Shown one piece after another: positions 12,667 to 24,400 of a DNA stretch of 64,000 nt (the stretch's first letter is position 1; each line of letters begins with the position of its first letter). This DNA is from Octopus bimaculoides. Lineage: Eukaryota. The notes beneath the pieces were generated by a model. It was not told the origin of the DNA. It ran no database searches and was given only the letters and a program-made list of their open reading frames with translations. The DNA lies in the NCBI RefSeq assembly GCF_001194135.2, contig NC_068997.1:3548244-3612243 (forward strand), read 5' to 3'. Made by a program: the position numbers and the translations under genes.

Positions 12667-13519
12667 NNNNNNNNNNNNNNNNNNNNNNNNNNNNNNNNNN
12701 NNNNNNNNNNNNNNNNNNNNNNNNNNNNNNNNNNNNNNNNNNNNNNNNNNNNNNNNNNNNNNNNNNNNNNNNNNNNNNNNNNNNNNNNNNNNNNNNNNNN
12801 NNNNNNNNNNNNNNNNNNNNNNNNNNNNNNNNNNNNNNNNNNNNNNNNNNNNNNNNNNNNNNNNNNNNNNNNNNNNNNNNNNNNNNNNNNNNNNNNNNNN
12901 NNNNNNNNNNNNNNNNNNNNNNNNNNNNNNNNNNNNNNNNNNNNNNNNNNNNNNNNNNNNNNNNNNNNNNNNNNNNNNNNNNNNNNNNNNNNNNNNNNNN
13001 NNNNNNNNNNNNNNNNNNNNNNNNNNNNNNNNNNNNNNNNNNNNNNNNNNNNNNNNNNNNNNNNNNNNNNNNNNNNNNNNNNNNNNNNNNNNNNNNNNNN
13101 NNNNNNNNNNNNNNNNNNNNNNNNNNNNNNNNNNNNNNNNNNNNNNNNNNNNNNNNNNNNNNNNNNNNNNNNNNNNNNNNNNNNNNNNNNNNNNNNNNNN
13201 NNNNNNNNNNNNNNNNNNNNNNNNNNNNNNNNNNNNNNNNNNNNNNNNNNNNNNNNNNNNNNNNNNNNNNNNNNNNNNNNNNNNNNNNNNNNNNNNNNNN
13301 NNNNNNNNNNNNNNNNNNNNNNNNNNNNNNNNNNNNNNNNNNNNNNNNNNNNNNATATATATATATATAAATATATGGAAATAGCACAGAAGTAAGTCTT
13401 AGACATTTCAATTTAAGAAGGAATTTAATAAAAATGGTTTTAAAATTAGATAAAGAAAATATTACCTGTTTCGATGTATCAAATATCAAATTCATTCATT
13501 TCTTTCCTGTTTCTTTCAG

Positions 13520-13777
13520 GTGGAGCCTTTGGTGACCCACATATTCAAACTATTGACGGCAAATTCTATACCTTCAATGGATGGGGAGAGTTTACCCTGC
13601 TGAATATATACCATAAGGACAAGCCCAAAGATCGCTTGTTCACTCTAGAAGGTCGCACTGAACGCGGAGAGAATGTCCACGGTGAATTGACTGATGCCAC
13701 GATATTTACCGCTTTCGTCGCCATGGATTTCGTTTATAACAATTCCTTCCAGGTGGAAATAATGCAAAATAAAGAAG
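13520..13777 (+). CDS. Exon 7: VWD domain start with GDPH motif
   Basis: tttcag| GGAFGDPHIQTIDGKFYTFNGWGEFTLL...QNKE G|GTATTT; phase 1-1. Confidence 0.95.
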
Positions 13778-14001
13778 GTATTTGCATAATTTACGTATTG
13801 GTCTTTGGTACGCTTGACAGGTTCTCGCTTCTATCGGGTTGCTATGTAAGCGATGTGGGGTAAGAGATGTAGAAAATAATTTGAAGGAGATAAGCAGATG
13901 GACGGGGACTAAGGTGGTACTTCTTACTCGCGGTTTGGGAGATCGAATCTACTGCAGAAGTTTTATTGTTGGTGTTTATCCTTAGGTAGGCCTCTGATCC
14001 A

Positions 14002-14383
14002 TGGAGGCGCAATGGCCCAGTGGTTAGGGCAGCGGACTCACGGTCATAGGATCGCAGTTTCGATTCCCAGACCGGACGTTGTGAGAGTTTATTGAGCGAA
14101 AACACCTAAAGCTCCACGAGGATCCGGCAGGGGATGGTGGTGAACCCTGCTGTATTCTTCCACCACAACTTTCTCTCACTCTTACTTCCTTTTTCTGTTG
14201 TGCCTGTATTTCAAAGGGCCAGCCTTGTCACACTGTGTCACGCTGAATATCCCCGAGAACTACGTTGAGGGTACACGTGTCTGTGGAGTGCTCAGCCACT
14301 TGCACGTTAATTTCACAAGCAGGCTGTTCCCTTAATCGGATCAACTGGAACCCTCAACGTCGTAAACGACGGATTGCCAACAC
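14002..14383 (+). mobile_element. tRNA-derived SINE, family A (~380 bp)
   Basis: Head GGAGGCGCAATGGCCCAGTGGTTAGGG...TTCGATTCC (A/B-box like); near-identical copies at 20092-20477(-), 27454-27827(+), 52769-53143(+). Confidence 0.85.
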
Positions 14384-14524
14384 ACGGAAGTCGTATCATC
14401 AAAGACGATCCACTTGCGATCATTGTAACTACTATTCAGTTTAAGTTTAATATGGTGTGGTGGTGTGATGAAGTGTGTTGTAGTTTGAGTTGATGGAGTG
14501 TACTTGTTGTTGTTGTTCTTCTTC

Positions 14525-14559
<35 letters not shown>

Positions 14560-15195
14560 GTTTAGCCTTAAGGTCAACCGTAAGTGTTCAGAATTAGAAT
14601 CAAAAGTATTTACACCACGACACTCCCCATCTTATCTTAAGGAACAGTGCATCCCAGAATGCATCATCCAATATGTCCTTTCATTGAGACAGTAGGATGT
14701 GATCTGAAGAAGATTTGGTTTCTATTTCTAGCAACGAGAATGTCTCCAGTGTGTGGTGTAGTCAAGTGTAGGGTAATGAGATATGATGGCATGATGTCGT
14801 TGTTGTTGTTGTTAAATCCAGGTCAACCTAAATTTAGAAGGCTTATAGTTGAAACATTCCAGCCCTGGCCACTCCATCTTATATTTAGATAAAGTTAACC
14901 TACAACGACGTTAGCCACTTCTTCAGTGGTCGTGGTCGTAGTCATACTGCCGAGGTTGGTAATGTGTTATTTAAAGGACAACTGTCTCTCGTTTCGTCGT
15001 TATTCTTAACGTAATACTTTAATACATTACTCTCTTAAAGGGAAATAAGGTACTAGCTATTATGAGAACATTGCCCAAGAGGTACCGGCGCTTTATTGAA
15101 GAGATTATTTATATTGTTTCTTACTTGTGTCACACCACGGGAACAAAAATGAGAAGTAGTCTTCCAGAGTTTCGGAAACGTATTTTATTTATTTA

Positions 15196-15568
15196 TTTTA
15201 CTCTTTTACTCTTTTACTTGTTTCAGTCTTTTGACTGTGGCCATGCTGGAGCACTAACTTTAGTCGAGCAAATCTACCCCAGGACTTATTCTTTAGAAGC
15301 CTAGTACTTATTCTATCGGTTTCTTTTGCCGAACCGCTAAGTTACGGGGACATAAACACACCAGCATCGGTTGTCAAGCGATGTTGGGGGGACAAACAGA
15401 CACAGAAACACATACACACATACATATATATATATACATATACATATATACGACGGGCTTCTTTCAGTTTCCGTCTACCAAATCCACTCACAAGGCTTTG
15501 GTCGGCCCGAGGCTATAGTAGAAGACACTTGCCCAAGATGCCACGTAGTGGGACTGAACCCGGGACCA
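15196..15568 (-). mobile_element. SINE family C with internal (TA)/(TG) microsatellite
   Basis: Core GCCTTGTGAGTGGATTTGGTAGACGGAAACTGAAAGAAGCCCGTCG, internal microsatellite, (AAAAG)-type tail; copies at 25772-26105(+), 35372-35765(+), 40630-40730(-), 48205-48480. Confidence 0.75.
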
Positions 15569-15713
15569 CATCTTTACTCATATATGTATATATGTTAACA
15601 CCACCTCCTTCTCTTCTTGCCACCAGTCTTGGAGGCCATAAAACGGCCCCAATTTCTGTTTGCTCTGGACAAAACTATTAAGAAAATATCATGTGATTTT
15701 CTTTGTATTGTAG

Positions 15714-15845
15714 GTATCATCATCATCGCCAATGGCATCGATTTCACCGTCCAGTTTGTAAATGATGAAAACTTCAACCAGTCTATGAAGTTTATGAAGC
15801 TGAAGAAACTGAAAAATGGAGGAATTCAAGGAATATTCCAGAAAG
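15714..15845 (+). CDS. Exon 8: VWD domain middle
   Basis: ttgtag| GIIIIANGIDFTVQFVNDENFNQSMKFMKLKKLKNGGIQGIFQK G|GTCATT; phase 1-1; donor is weak but is the only phase-compatible GT before a stop. Confidence 0.8.
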
Positions 15846-17004
15846 GTCATTTATGTCGGTTATCATAATCGCTATCAACTTAAGCATCATCGTCATCATC
15901 GTCGTCGTCATCATCATTTCATCAACAACTTCATCATTATCATCGTCGCTGCCATCATCATTGTCGTCATAATCCTTAGTATAAAACAAAATAATGAAAT
16001 TATTATGGACGATGTAAAACATTTTAAGCACCAGTTTTGACATAAAACTAGAACTAATCCCAATTGAAAAACAAATCAGCTACAGTTTGCCTGTTATATA
16101 ACTGTGTTAAGGAGTAGAAGACAGTACGATACTCATTTCATCATTTGAAATGTTTCTCTTTATTTAAGACTATTAACTTGATTTCTGTAAGGAAATCCGT
16201 CAGTTATTTACCGCTAGCAGGATTGGTCATTATGCTAATGACCAACAAAACAATGTGCTCCACCTTGATTTGATTCTTGCCAACTACTCGCCTGGATATA
16301 AATTAGTGGTGGTGTTAAAATATCAAAAATAAGCTAAAACACCTAATCTGAGGTGGATTTGTACTCTGTTATGTAGTTGTTGATATAATTTCATATTAAG
16401 CGGTAGGTGCATGGTTCTAATATCGCCAGGGAGCTGAGAAATTTTCTTTTTTCTTTTTTCTTTTTCGTTCACAAATTGATGATTATGCCATCCAAGTATA
16501 ATTTAGATTAAGCAGTCAATTCACGATTATTATAAGAGCAGTGGATAGGCGGAATCGTTTAAATATCATATAAAATATCATTTTATCTAATACTTTAACT
16601 TATGGCCATTTAAGCTCTGAGTTCAAATACCGCTGAGGTCAACGTTGCCTTTCATTCATTCGGGGTACAGACCCAGCAAATTAATCGACTAACTCCTCCT
16701 TCGAAAATTGCCCTCCTTGAGACTATACCAGAAACGGCTATTAGTCATATTTTTAGTATTATTGGGTACCGTAAACTATGTATTAGGACTTACTAGTGCC
16801 ATAATCTAGGCAATAACAGCTCAATTCTCTTTTCGTTGGTCCATCCTTTAAAGGCAGATGTTGTAAGTTTTATTTTCAGTTTTCAGAATTTGAAGAAGCC
16901 GTTGCAAATGAGAAGTCCATAACATTTCAACAGATCAAAATTATTAACATCGTCATAACTTTTCATTGAATTTATATATATATCTTTATTTTTGTTTCTC
17001 TAAG

Positions 17005-17208
17005 GTTTAACCCTGAATATAAACCAAGCTAACGGAATACTGGACATAGGTGTAGCGTACCCACCCGAAATGCGTTCCGTAATGTTGACACGAGGTTTAC
17101 TGGGTGTTGTAGATGGTAATCCTGACAATGACTTCCAAGCTCCAGACGGCAGTGTGTTACCATCAAATGCCACAGAGAAAGATATATATAACCGTTTCGG
17201 TCTCCTTT
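17005..17208 (+). CDS. Exon 9: VWD domain C-terminal part
   Basis: ctaag| GLTLNINQANGILDIGVAYPPEMRSVMLTRGLLGVVDGNPDNDFQAPDGSVLPSNATEKDIYNRFGLL T|GTAAGT; TRGLLG..DGN.DNDF..PDG matches VWD of the MUC4/SUSD2/Mesh type. Not in the ORF track. Confidence 0.93.
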
Positions 17209-17580
17209 GTAAGTAGAGTTTTTTTTTTTTGTTTTGCTTTTTCTACAAAACATATATGTAGCGCGGCACTCCGACAAAAATGCATTGCCATACGAGATTA
17301 CGACCCATTACATCCAGTATCGAAAGCCATCTGACAGCATCTTCGCTGTTTGTTCATACTGGTGTCAGTGTAACAGACTGTATCCTCCTTCAAACATGCA
17401 GCTGTGGCTCTAGCAACTCTGCTAATAAATATGTGTACAGTCATAACGTTCTGCTTAATACACATATACGATTCTGTCAATAGATACGTATGCAGGGTTT
17501 TTGGTGCCAAAACGCCAAAACGACTCTGCTAAACCTTCTTGTACCCACACTAACGGTGTTATTTCTATTCTTTTCTTCAG

Positions 17581-17826
17581 GGAAAGCACAGAAACCGTGT
17601 TTTACTTATGCCGCTGGTAAAAATTCTTCCAGCTATAAACACGCCAACTTCACTCCGAGATTTATAAACAAGGAAGAACTCTTAAGTTTAAGTGATAACG
17701 AGGCGAAACGATTTTGTCGAAATAACATCGAGTGCTTATATGACCTCTGGACAACAAACATCAAACAATTAGCCGAAAATACCAAAATAGTCAAACAAAC
17801 TGCTGAAGCCAACACAGAATTTCGAG
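17581..17826 (+). CDS. Exon 10: post-VWD cysteine-containing region
   Basis: tcttcag| (W)KAQKPCFTY...FTPRF...FCRNNIECLYDLWTT...EFR G|GTAAGA; W..FTY..F.P.F..C..N.EC.YD pattern seen after VWD in this family; phase 1-1. Confidence 0.9.
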
Positions 17827-18120
17827 GTAAGAAAACAAAACTCAAAATGGTTTTATTAACAGTTTTAAACACCCTTGTTATTAAAAGCAGATGCAAATAC
17901 CCACTTCGTATACCTCCTGTGTCCCCATGGAATATTCAGAATGTGCAAGATAGAATAAAGAAAGGGTTGCTCCGACGTTTGACTAGTGCTCATTTTAACA
18001 AACCCTGAAAAAAAAAAAACGAAAAAAAAGAAAAAAATGAGAAGTAATGAACTCGGTAGAGCTCGAACTCAAAGCGTACAGTAGTAAATAAATATATTGG
18101 TGGAGATTTGGTTGCTATTT

Positions 18121-18512
18121 CGGCGGAATTCTGCTTTAAGTACACCATATAACTCCTCGTGACTTTTTTATTTTCAGAAAATTTTTGCGAATTTGTGTTT
18201 TAAACACGAGAATTCATACGATTACGCAAAAACGCAAAAACCAAAAAGCACAGTGATTTAAGGGCTATTTAGCTGTTAATTTTAGCACATCTCACGATTA
18301 CTCATACCCTCTTCATTTATTTGTCAGAATGACGTATTGATGTTTTTCATTAGCTTTCTCCCCATAAACACTTTTAATAATCTATTGCTGTGTTTAATCT
18401 AAAAATTCGAAATGTCCGTATTTTAAACTGGGATTTCAAAAATATTTCGAATTTTAAAAAAAATTATTTTAAAATTTAAATAATTATTATTATTTTTGTT
18501 TTTATTTTATTT

Positions 18513-18543
<31 letters not shown>

Positions 18544-18665
18544 TTCATTCATAGTCGTGTGAATTTCCGTGTGCGGTATACAAATTCGCAAAATTTTTCT
18601 GAAAATTCCAAAAAATATAAAAGTTATGAGGAGTTATGTGGCGTGCTTAAAGCAGAATTCTACTG
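18121..18665. mobile_element. MITE with ~105-bp terminal inverted repeats
   Basis: Left CGGCGGAATTCTGCTTTAAGTACACCATATAACTCCTC...TTTTCAGAAAATTTTTGCGAATTTGT mirrors right ACAAATTCGCAAAATTTTTCTGAAAA...GAGGAGTTATGTGGCGTGCTTAAAGCAGAATTCTACTG; flanks CTATTT / TTATTT. Confidence 0.8.
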
Positions 18666-20091
18666 TTATTTCTAGCAGGTGTCATTCGTTAAAGCAGGCA
18701 TAGGCTTCTATACTCGAGAATTTGAGTCGCATGAGCCATAGTTTATCAAGAGGCAGGTCGCACTACTGAAAATAAATTCAAGGTAATGTTTCTCTAGGTA
18801 TACCATTTAGAAAGTCTTGCAGGTTGTTTAAATATAAAAAAAATTAATGTATGATTATGTTACCATATGGAGCTGTTAACAGACGATGTCTTGGAAACTG
18901 TATTCTGCAATGAAATACCATCCATTCAGTCTGACACCAATATCATCTGAGTTATCGAGTTTATGTGGTCAATGTGACTGCTAGAAATAGCAGCCAAATC
19001 TCCATTCAATCACTTCAATTTTGAAAATGGATAACGTAGTTTTAAATATTCAGTACCCGGGAGTCTGAGTTTGATCGAGTAGTCATGGTTGAAGTTGCCT
19101 TTGATCATTTTTCAGCCCAGGCTGGATTGTAATGGGATCAAGCAACAACAAAATAATCTAATTCTCTCGTATGATTCTACTGTCCTGGAAGAAAGAAATA
19201 TTGGATAATTAAGTGTGAAATATAAAGATTGGAATATTCTCGGCTGAAATTTATTTTGACCATAAAGTTTGTCCAAATACCTTTCACATATTTTAAAGTT
19301 CAATTTTGCCAGGGGAAATCACTTATATAAAAATTGAAAAGAATAGCTTCCCTTGAAATATTTTTTACTTTTTTTTCGTTACTTAATGTGGAGTTCTTTT
19401 TGATCAGTCCTGAGCGATCAACACGAAAAAACTAGGGGTTTATTTTAAGAACTTTGTGGATCAAGTTTCATTGCAAAAATAATCAATGCTTCAAGCTAGA
19501 GATATTATGAAATAAAATTTATCGAAGATAAAATTGGGGGAGACAAGGGTGTGTCTTACGGAAGTTTGTGTTGGATGCCACTTTGCGACACACTGGCCAA
19601 GTGGCTTCTGCTATCATCACACTTCGACCAATATGTATGTGGGCACGCACGCATGCGTGTGTGTGTGTGTGTTTGTGTGTGTGTGTAGATAGATGGGTAT
19701 GTATATTTGTGTAGATCACCTTTGGACTATCGAAATAACGGTAGGTCAAGCAAAAATATTAATAGTTAATTAGTCTATGGGAGCTGCTTCCTTTCCTTTT
19801 TTCTTTTCTTTTTCTTTTTTACTGTGAAACAGAACTTAGTAGTTCGATAAATGGATATCGATATTTTGTCGACATAATCGTTGAAAATCCTGTATGTTGG
19901 AGTCCCAGCATGGCTGCAGCCGAGTGGGTGGGATTCGATGCCAACCGCGAACGAGTATCGTTTAGTAACACCTACCAACCTTTTGCTTGGTAAGTGCTTC
20001 CATTCTCCGAACGTGTTTATATAGTTGTGAGTAGGCATAGACGCCTTCTCCTCTCTCCCACTCTCTGACCTAACGGTACATCCACGATGTG

Positions 20092-20481
20092 TTGTTGTTG
20101 GCACTCCGTCGCTTACGACGTCGAGGGTTCCAGTTGATCCGATCAACGGAACAGCCGGCTCGTGAAATTAACGTGCAAGTGGCAGAGCACTCCACAGACA
20201 CGTGTACCCTTAACGTAGCTCTCGGGGATATTCAGCGTGACACAGTGTGACAAGGTTTACCCTTTGAATTACAGGCACAACAGAAACAGGAAGTAAGAAT
20301 GAGAGAAAGTTGTGGTGGAAGAGTACAACAGGGTTCACCACCATCCCCTGCCGGATCCTCGTGGAGTTTTAAGTGTTTTCCCTCAATAAACACGCACAAC
20401 GTCCGGTCTGGGAATCGAAACCGCGATCCTATGACCGTGAGTCCGCTGCCCTAACCACTGGGCCATTGCGCCTCCACGCTA
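20092..20481 (-). mobile_element. SINE family A copy nested in an older SINE
   Basis: Reverse complement of the 14002 element; flanking direct repeat ACATCCACGRTGTG at 20078-20091 and 20482-20495. Confidence 0.85.
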
Positions 20482-20788
20482 ACATCCACGGTGTGACAGA
20501 GAGACAAACACCGTGTGGCCTGCTCCGATACTAAGCTGGTATTCAGGTTTAGCTGAGTACATTGGAGCATTATGAAGTAAAGTGCCTTGCTCAGTGACAA
20601 AACGTACTGCCCGATCTACGAACCGAACCCACAGTGTTATGATAGTGAACTGATGATCCTGAAACACTAGGTCACGCATCTTCACTCAGGCGATAAAACA
20701 ATTCACTCATAACAGACTAAATCTATCAGCGTACCTTTCTCATTTCCTTTTCTTTTTCTTTTCTTTATTAATCTGTTATTTCTTATAG

Positions 20789-20996
20789 AAAATTCTCCGC
20801 CCCAAATCAAGAGTAAGAGAGTAATGTACGCCAGTGTAGGGCTTTCTTCACGTCTGAATTTTACTGTGATCGATGACGACAACACTCAGGCATTTTTGGC
20901 AAAGCCCAGCAAGTCTCTGGAGATTTACCATGACAACCAGACCAATAAGGGATATGTGATATATACACCTGCCAGCACGGAACCTGTCAGCATTCA
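20789..20996 (+). CDS. Exon 11: cadherin/Ig-like linker domain
   Basis: ttatag| ENSPPQIKSKRVMYASVGLSSRLNFTVIDDDNTQ...YTPASTEPVSI CA|GTAAGT; open 68 codons, phase 1 to 2, matches phase of exon 12. Not in the ORF track. Confidence 0.85.
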
Positions 20997-21720
20997 GTAA
21001 GTACAGCACATAACAGTGGCTTCCATTATTTATTCATTATATATTTTTGTCTTTTTCTTTTGACATTATACATCTATAACAGATGCTTACTCGAGATGAA
21101 TACCGCAGTTTAGAAGTCTTTCAACAATATATCTGCTTTCAGTGTTATATGCAGATCACTGATTTAAATTCCTACTGCTTTCATCACCAACAACGAATTT
21201 TCATTTAGTCTCTCGGCAAAATGCAACATCATTAAACTTTCAATCACAGTTTAACTATATTAGCTAGCAGCCAATTCTTATTGATAGCCCTTTTATAAAT
21301 TTTATATATCGTCATATTTTTTATATATGTTAATATTTTTTATATACTTTATATTTCTTTAAAATTTTTACAGCTTAATATATTTCTTTTTTTTATAATT
21401 TTACTTATTTACCTTATATTTAATATTTAATTTTTCTTATCGTTATAAAATTCATGGTTTAAGACTTTGACCCCCGTAACCTTTATTCCATTATCCTTTC
21501 AAAGTTTTTTCTCTCTTAGTGCTATGGTAATTAGTAACGGCTGGGTTGGCTGTCTTCCTTTTTTCCTTTATCCGCTCTTCACCATCCTTTGCTGCCCTAT
21601 TGCGTCCCTGTGCCTTGTCTGGTAGTAGAGATGAAGCTTGTGAATGGGTTCCATCACAAATGACTTTGACAATGTGCTACATCAAGTTTTAAATAATGTA
21701 TATCAATGTCTCTATTTCAG

Positions 21721-21875
21721 AATTGTTGTTAAAGACAGTAAGAATGCCGTGGCGCCAATCCAAGAGATCCAGGTTGTTCTCTGTCCTGGTTGTAAACATG
21801 GTAAATGTGACTTCCAGAACAATGCACAAGAACTCTTCCACATTGTGGCATGTGACTGCGATATAGGTTACACAG
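21721..21875 (+). CDS. Exon 12: linker end and first EGF-like module
   Basis: tttcag| (Q)IVVKDSKNAVAPIQEIQVVLCPGCKHGKCDF...ACDCDIGYT G|GTAAGA; phase 2 to 1. Confidence 0.92.
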
Positions 21876-22048
21876 GTAAGAATAAGTTGGTCAGTTACTG
21901 TTGGAGGAAAGTCATCAGAGATACTAGGTCAAAGATCAGTTGAAATCAGATAGGATTCATCGAAAGAAAAATGTTAGTAATCGCATAATATCTCATATTT
22001 AGACTTAGGTCGTCGATTCAAATGAAAAGATTGTGTGTGTGAGTATGT

Positions 22049-22086
<38 letters not shown>

Positions 22087-22378
22087 GTGTGTCTGTCTGT
22101 CTGTTTGAGTAATTATGTGTGCGTATGCGTGTGTGTGTACGAATATGAGATAATGAAAAATATGTGTGTGCATAGAGGGAATAGTGTTTTTTAATTTTTT
22201 AATATGTATGTATGTTTGAGTGTGTGTGTATGTGTGTGGAAGTATATATANNNNNNNNNNNNNNNNNNNNNNNNNNNNNNNNNNNNNNNNNNNNNNNNNN
22301 NNNNNNNNNNNNNNNNNNNNNNNNNNNNNNNNNNNNNNNNNNNNNNNNNNNNNNNNNNNNNNNNNNNNNNNNNNNNNN

Positions 22379-22416
<38 letters not shown>

Positions 22417-22823
22417 GTGTGCGTGTATGTGTATGCGAGTGTACGTGTGTGTATTATATTCAGTTTTACTTGTATTTCTATTTTTTCCCACATTATCCAA
22501 TATGGAAGTCATACTAGTTAATATAGTCCACTACGACCACAAAGAGAAAATATGTATGACAGAGTCATGGTTGGAATACATTAGATCACAGATCTGCTCT
22601 ATCAGATCTGACCTGGGGTTAAAAATCAAGAACTAGAATCATATAGATAAGATTAACTCGTCACCCAGTTTAACAATCCATAACTGTCCTTAGGGTGACT
22701 TTAGTACAGAACCCTCTATTGCAAGCATGTGTGTCTTTAAACACTCCCTACCGATGCTATCCTTCCTAGTTTGAATTAAAATTTAAGTAACAACAACAGC
22801 AGTGATTATGTGTGTATTTTCAG

Positions 22824-22982
22824 GTGAGGACTGTAATGTAGACTACGATGGCTGTGCATCGTCTCCCTGCCTTGGGGAAGCTCAGTGTATTGACGTTCCA
22901 GCAGAATTACAAACATCCAACGGTTTGACTTACCGCTGTAACTGTTCAGACGGTTATAGTTTATACAACGATAAATGTGTGG
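22824..22982 (+). CDS. Exon 13: EGF-like module
   Basis: tttcag| GEDCNVDYDGCASSPCLGEAQCIDVP...YRCNCSDGYSLYNDKCV G|GTGAGT; phase 1-1. Confidence 0.93.
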
Positions 22983-23079
22983 GTGAGTAACACGTCTCTG
23001 TACTCTGATGCTCTTACATATTCTCATATACTCTGATATAGTATCTCTGCATACTACATTTCGATTATTAAAGAATATT

Positions 23080-23589
23080 CCAGAATGAATTATCTATAAT
23101 ATTTCAATAAAATCGAGTAGCTCTTAAAAAAAACAATGAAAGAATTTTATGCGTATAACTTAATTATGATACTAAAATAAACAGACTTATAAATCTTGTT
23201 TCAAAACCTTATTGGAAATTTTCAACATGAGCTCCGGCTGTGTCCTTGCAAATTTCAAATCTTTTCTTAGCGTTGCGAAACACATTTTGAAGCATTTCAG
23301 GAGTCATCTCCCGCACTCCCAAATGAATGCGCTCTTCAAGTTGAATTAAACTTTTGCTCCATCCTGGGGATGGATGTAGAGAAAATCATTGCAGCCAAAT
23401 TGCAAAAACAAGCTGTAGTGGACAGATTAACGGGATCTAATAGGGATGAAAATAAAGCAGTAAAAAAACTGTAAAATTATAAACGAAGTTGAACATTTAT
23501 ACACTTTTAACATATCAAATATAAACATAAATAAAAGTGAGTTTTTTTTTTAATTATCCGATTTCACTGAAATAGATTGTTTATTCTGA
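23080..23589 (-). mobile_element. Internally deleted Tc1/mariner-superfamily transposon remnant
   Basis: Minus strand 23358-23209 reads SKSLIQLEERIHLGVREMTPEMLQNVFRNAKKRFEICKDTAGAHVENFQ*, like the C-terminus of Tc1-type transposases; degenerate inverted repeats ATTTCAATAAAATCG...AAAAAAAAC at both ends. Confidence 0.65.
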
Positions 23590-23804
23590 GATAGCATGTA
23601 AGATAGGTATGTACATACATCAATGCCAGAATTGATGTGTATATACATCTATATCTACATATACATACATAAGTAGTGTGTGCGTGTGAGCGTGTATGTT
23701 TCTATGCGTATATATATATATATATATATATATATCTACCTATCTGTCTATCTACCTGACTGTATGTTTGTCTCTCCTTCCTCTCTCTCTCTCTCTCTCT
23801 CTCA

Positions 23805-23871
<67 letters not shown>

Positions 23872-23919
23872 CACACACAATGTAAATCAAGATGTCGACT
23901 AAGTGATTCTCAGTCATTC

Positions 23920-23953
<34 letters not shown>

Positions 23954-24091
23954 CATACATGTATACATACATGCACACACGCATACACACACACACATAC
24001 ATACACACATACATACTTGTTTACTTACTTCCTATATAGGTCCGTATAACAGTAATAAGTAATATAAATTTAAATATTTTATCTTTTACAG

Positions 24092-24211
24092 ATGTTGATG
24101 AGTGTGATAGAGGTAAATCAAAATGCCAGCAGATTTGTATTAACACTCTGGGAAGTTATCAATGCGCATGCAAATCGGGATATCAGCTTTCAAATGATGT
24201 TAACTGCTACG
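24092..24211 (+). CDS. Exon 14: calcium-binding EGF
   Basis: ttacag| [41 protein letters not shown]|GTAGGT. Confidence 0.93.
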
Positions 24212-24364
24212 GTAGGTCATGGGTCCCTGTGGGTATGTGGTGCGTATGTCAATGTGTGTGCGGTTGTATGGTGTATATGTTAATGTTTGTGCGTATACAT
24301 ATATAAATATATATGTATACATGGACATTATATCTATCTATCTATGTATCTATATAGCCATATA

Positions 24365-24400
<36 letters not shown>

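Noticed and set aside
12452-13495. Long ORFs made of X, VC, IY, HT or ER runs (also near 24200-25350, 28400-29600, 39600-40190, 55270-55910, 63140-63480)
   Set aside because: Artefacts of N gaps and dinucleotide microsatellites.
14002-14080. tRNA genes at SINE heads (also 20400-20477, 27454-27530, 44970-45040, 52769-52845)
   Set aside because: A/B boxes are present but there is no complete cloverleaf, and each continues into a shared SINE body, several with TSDs.
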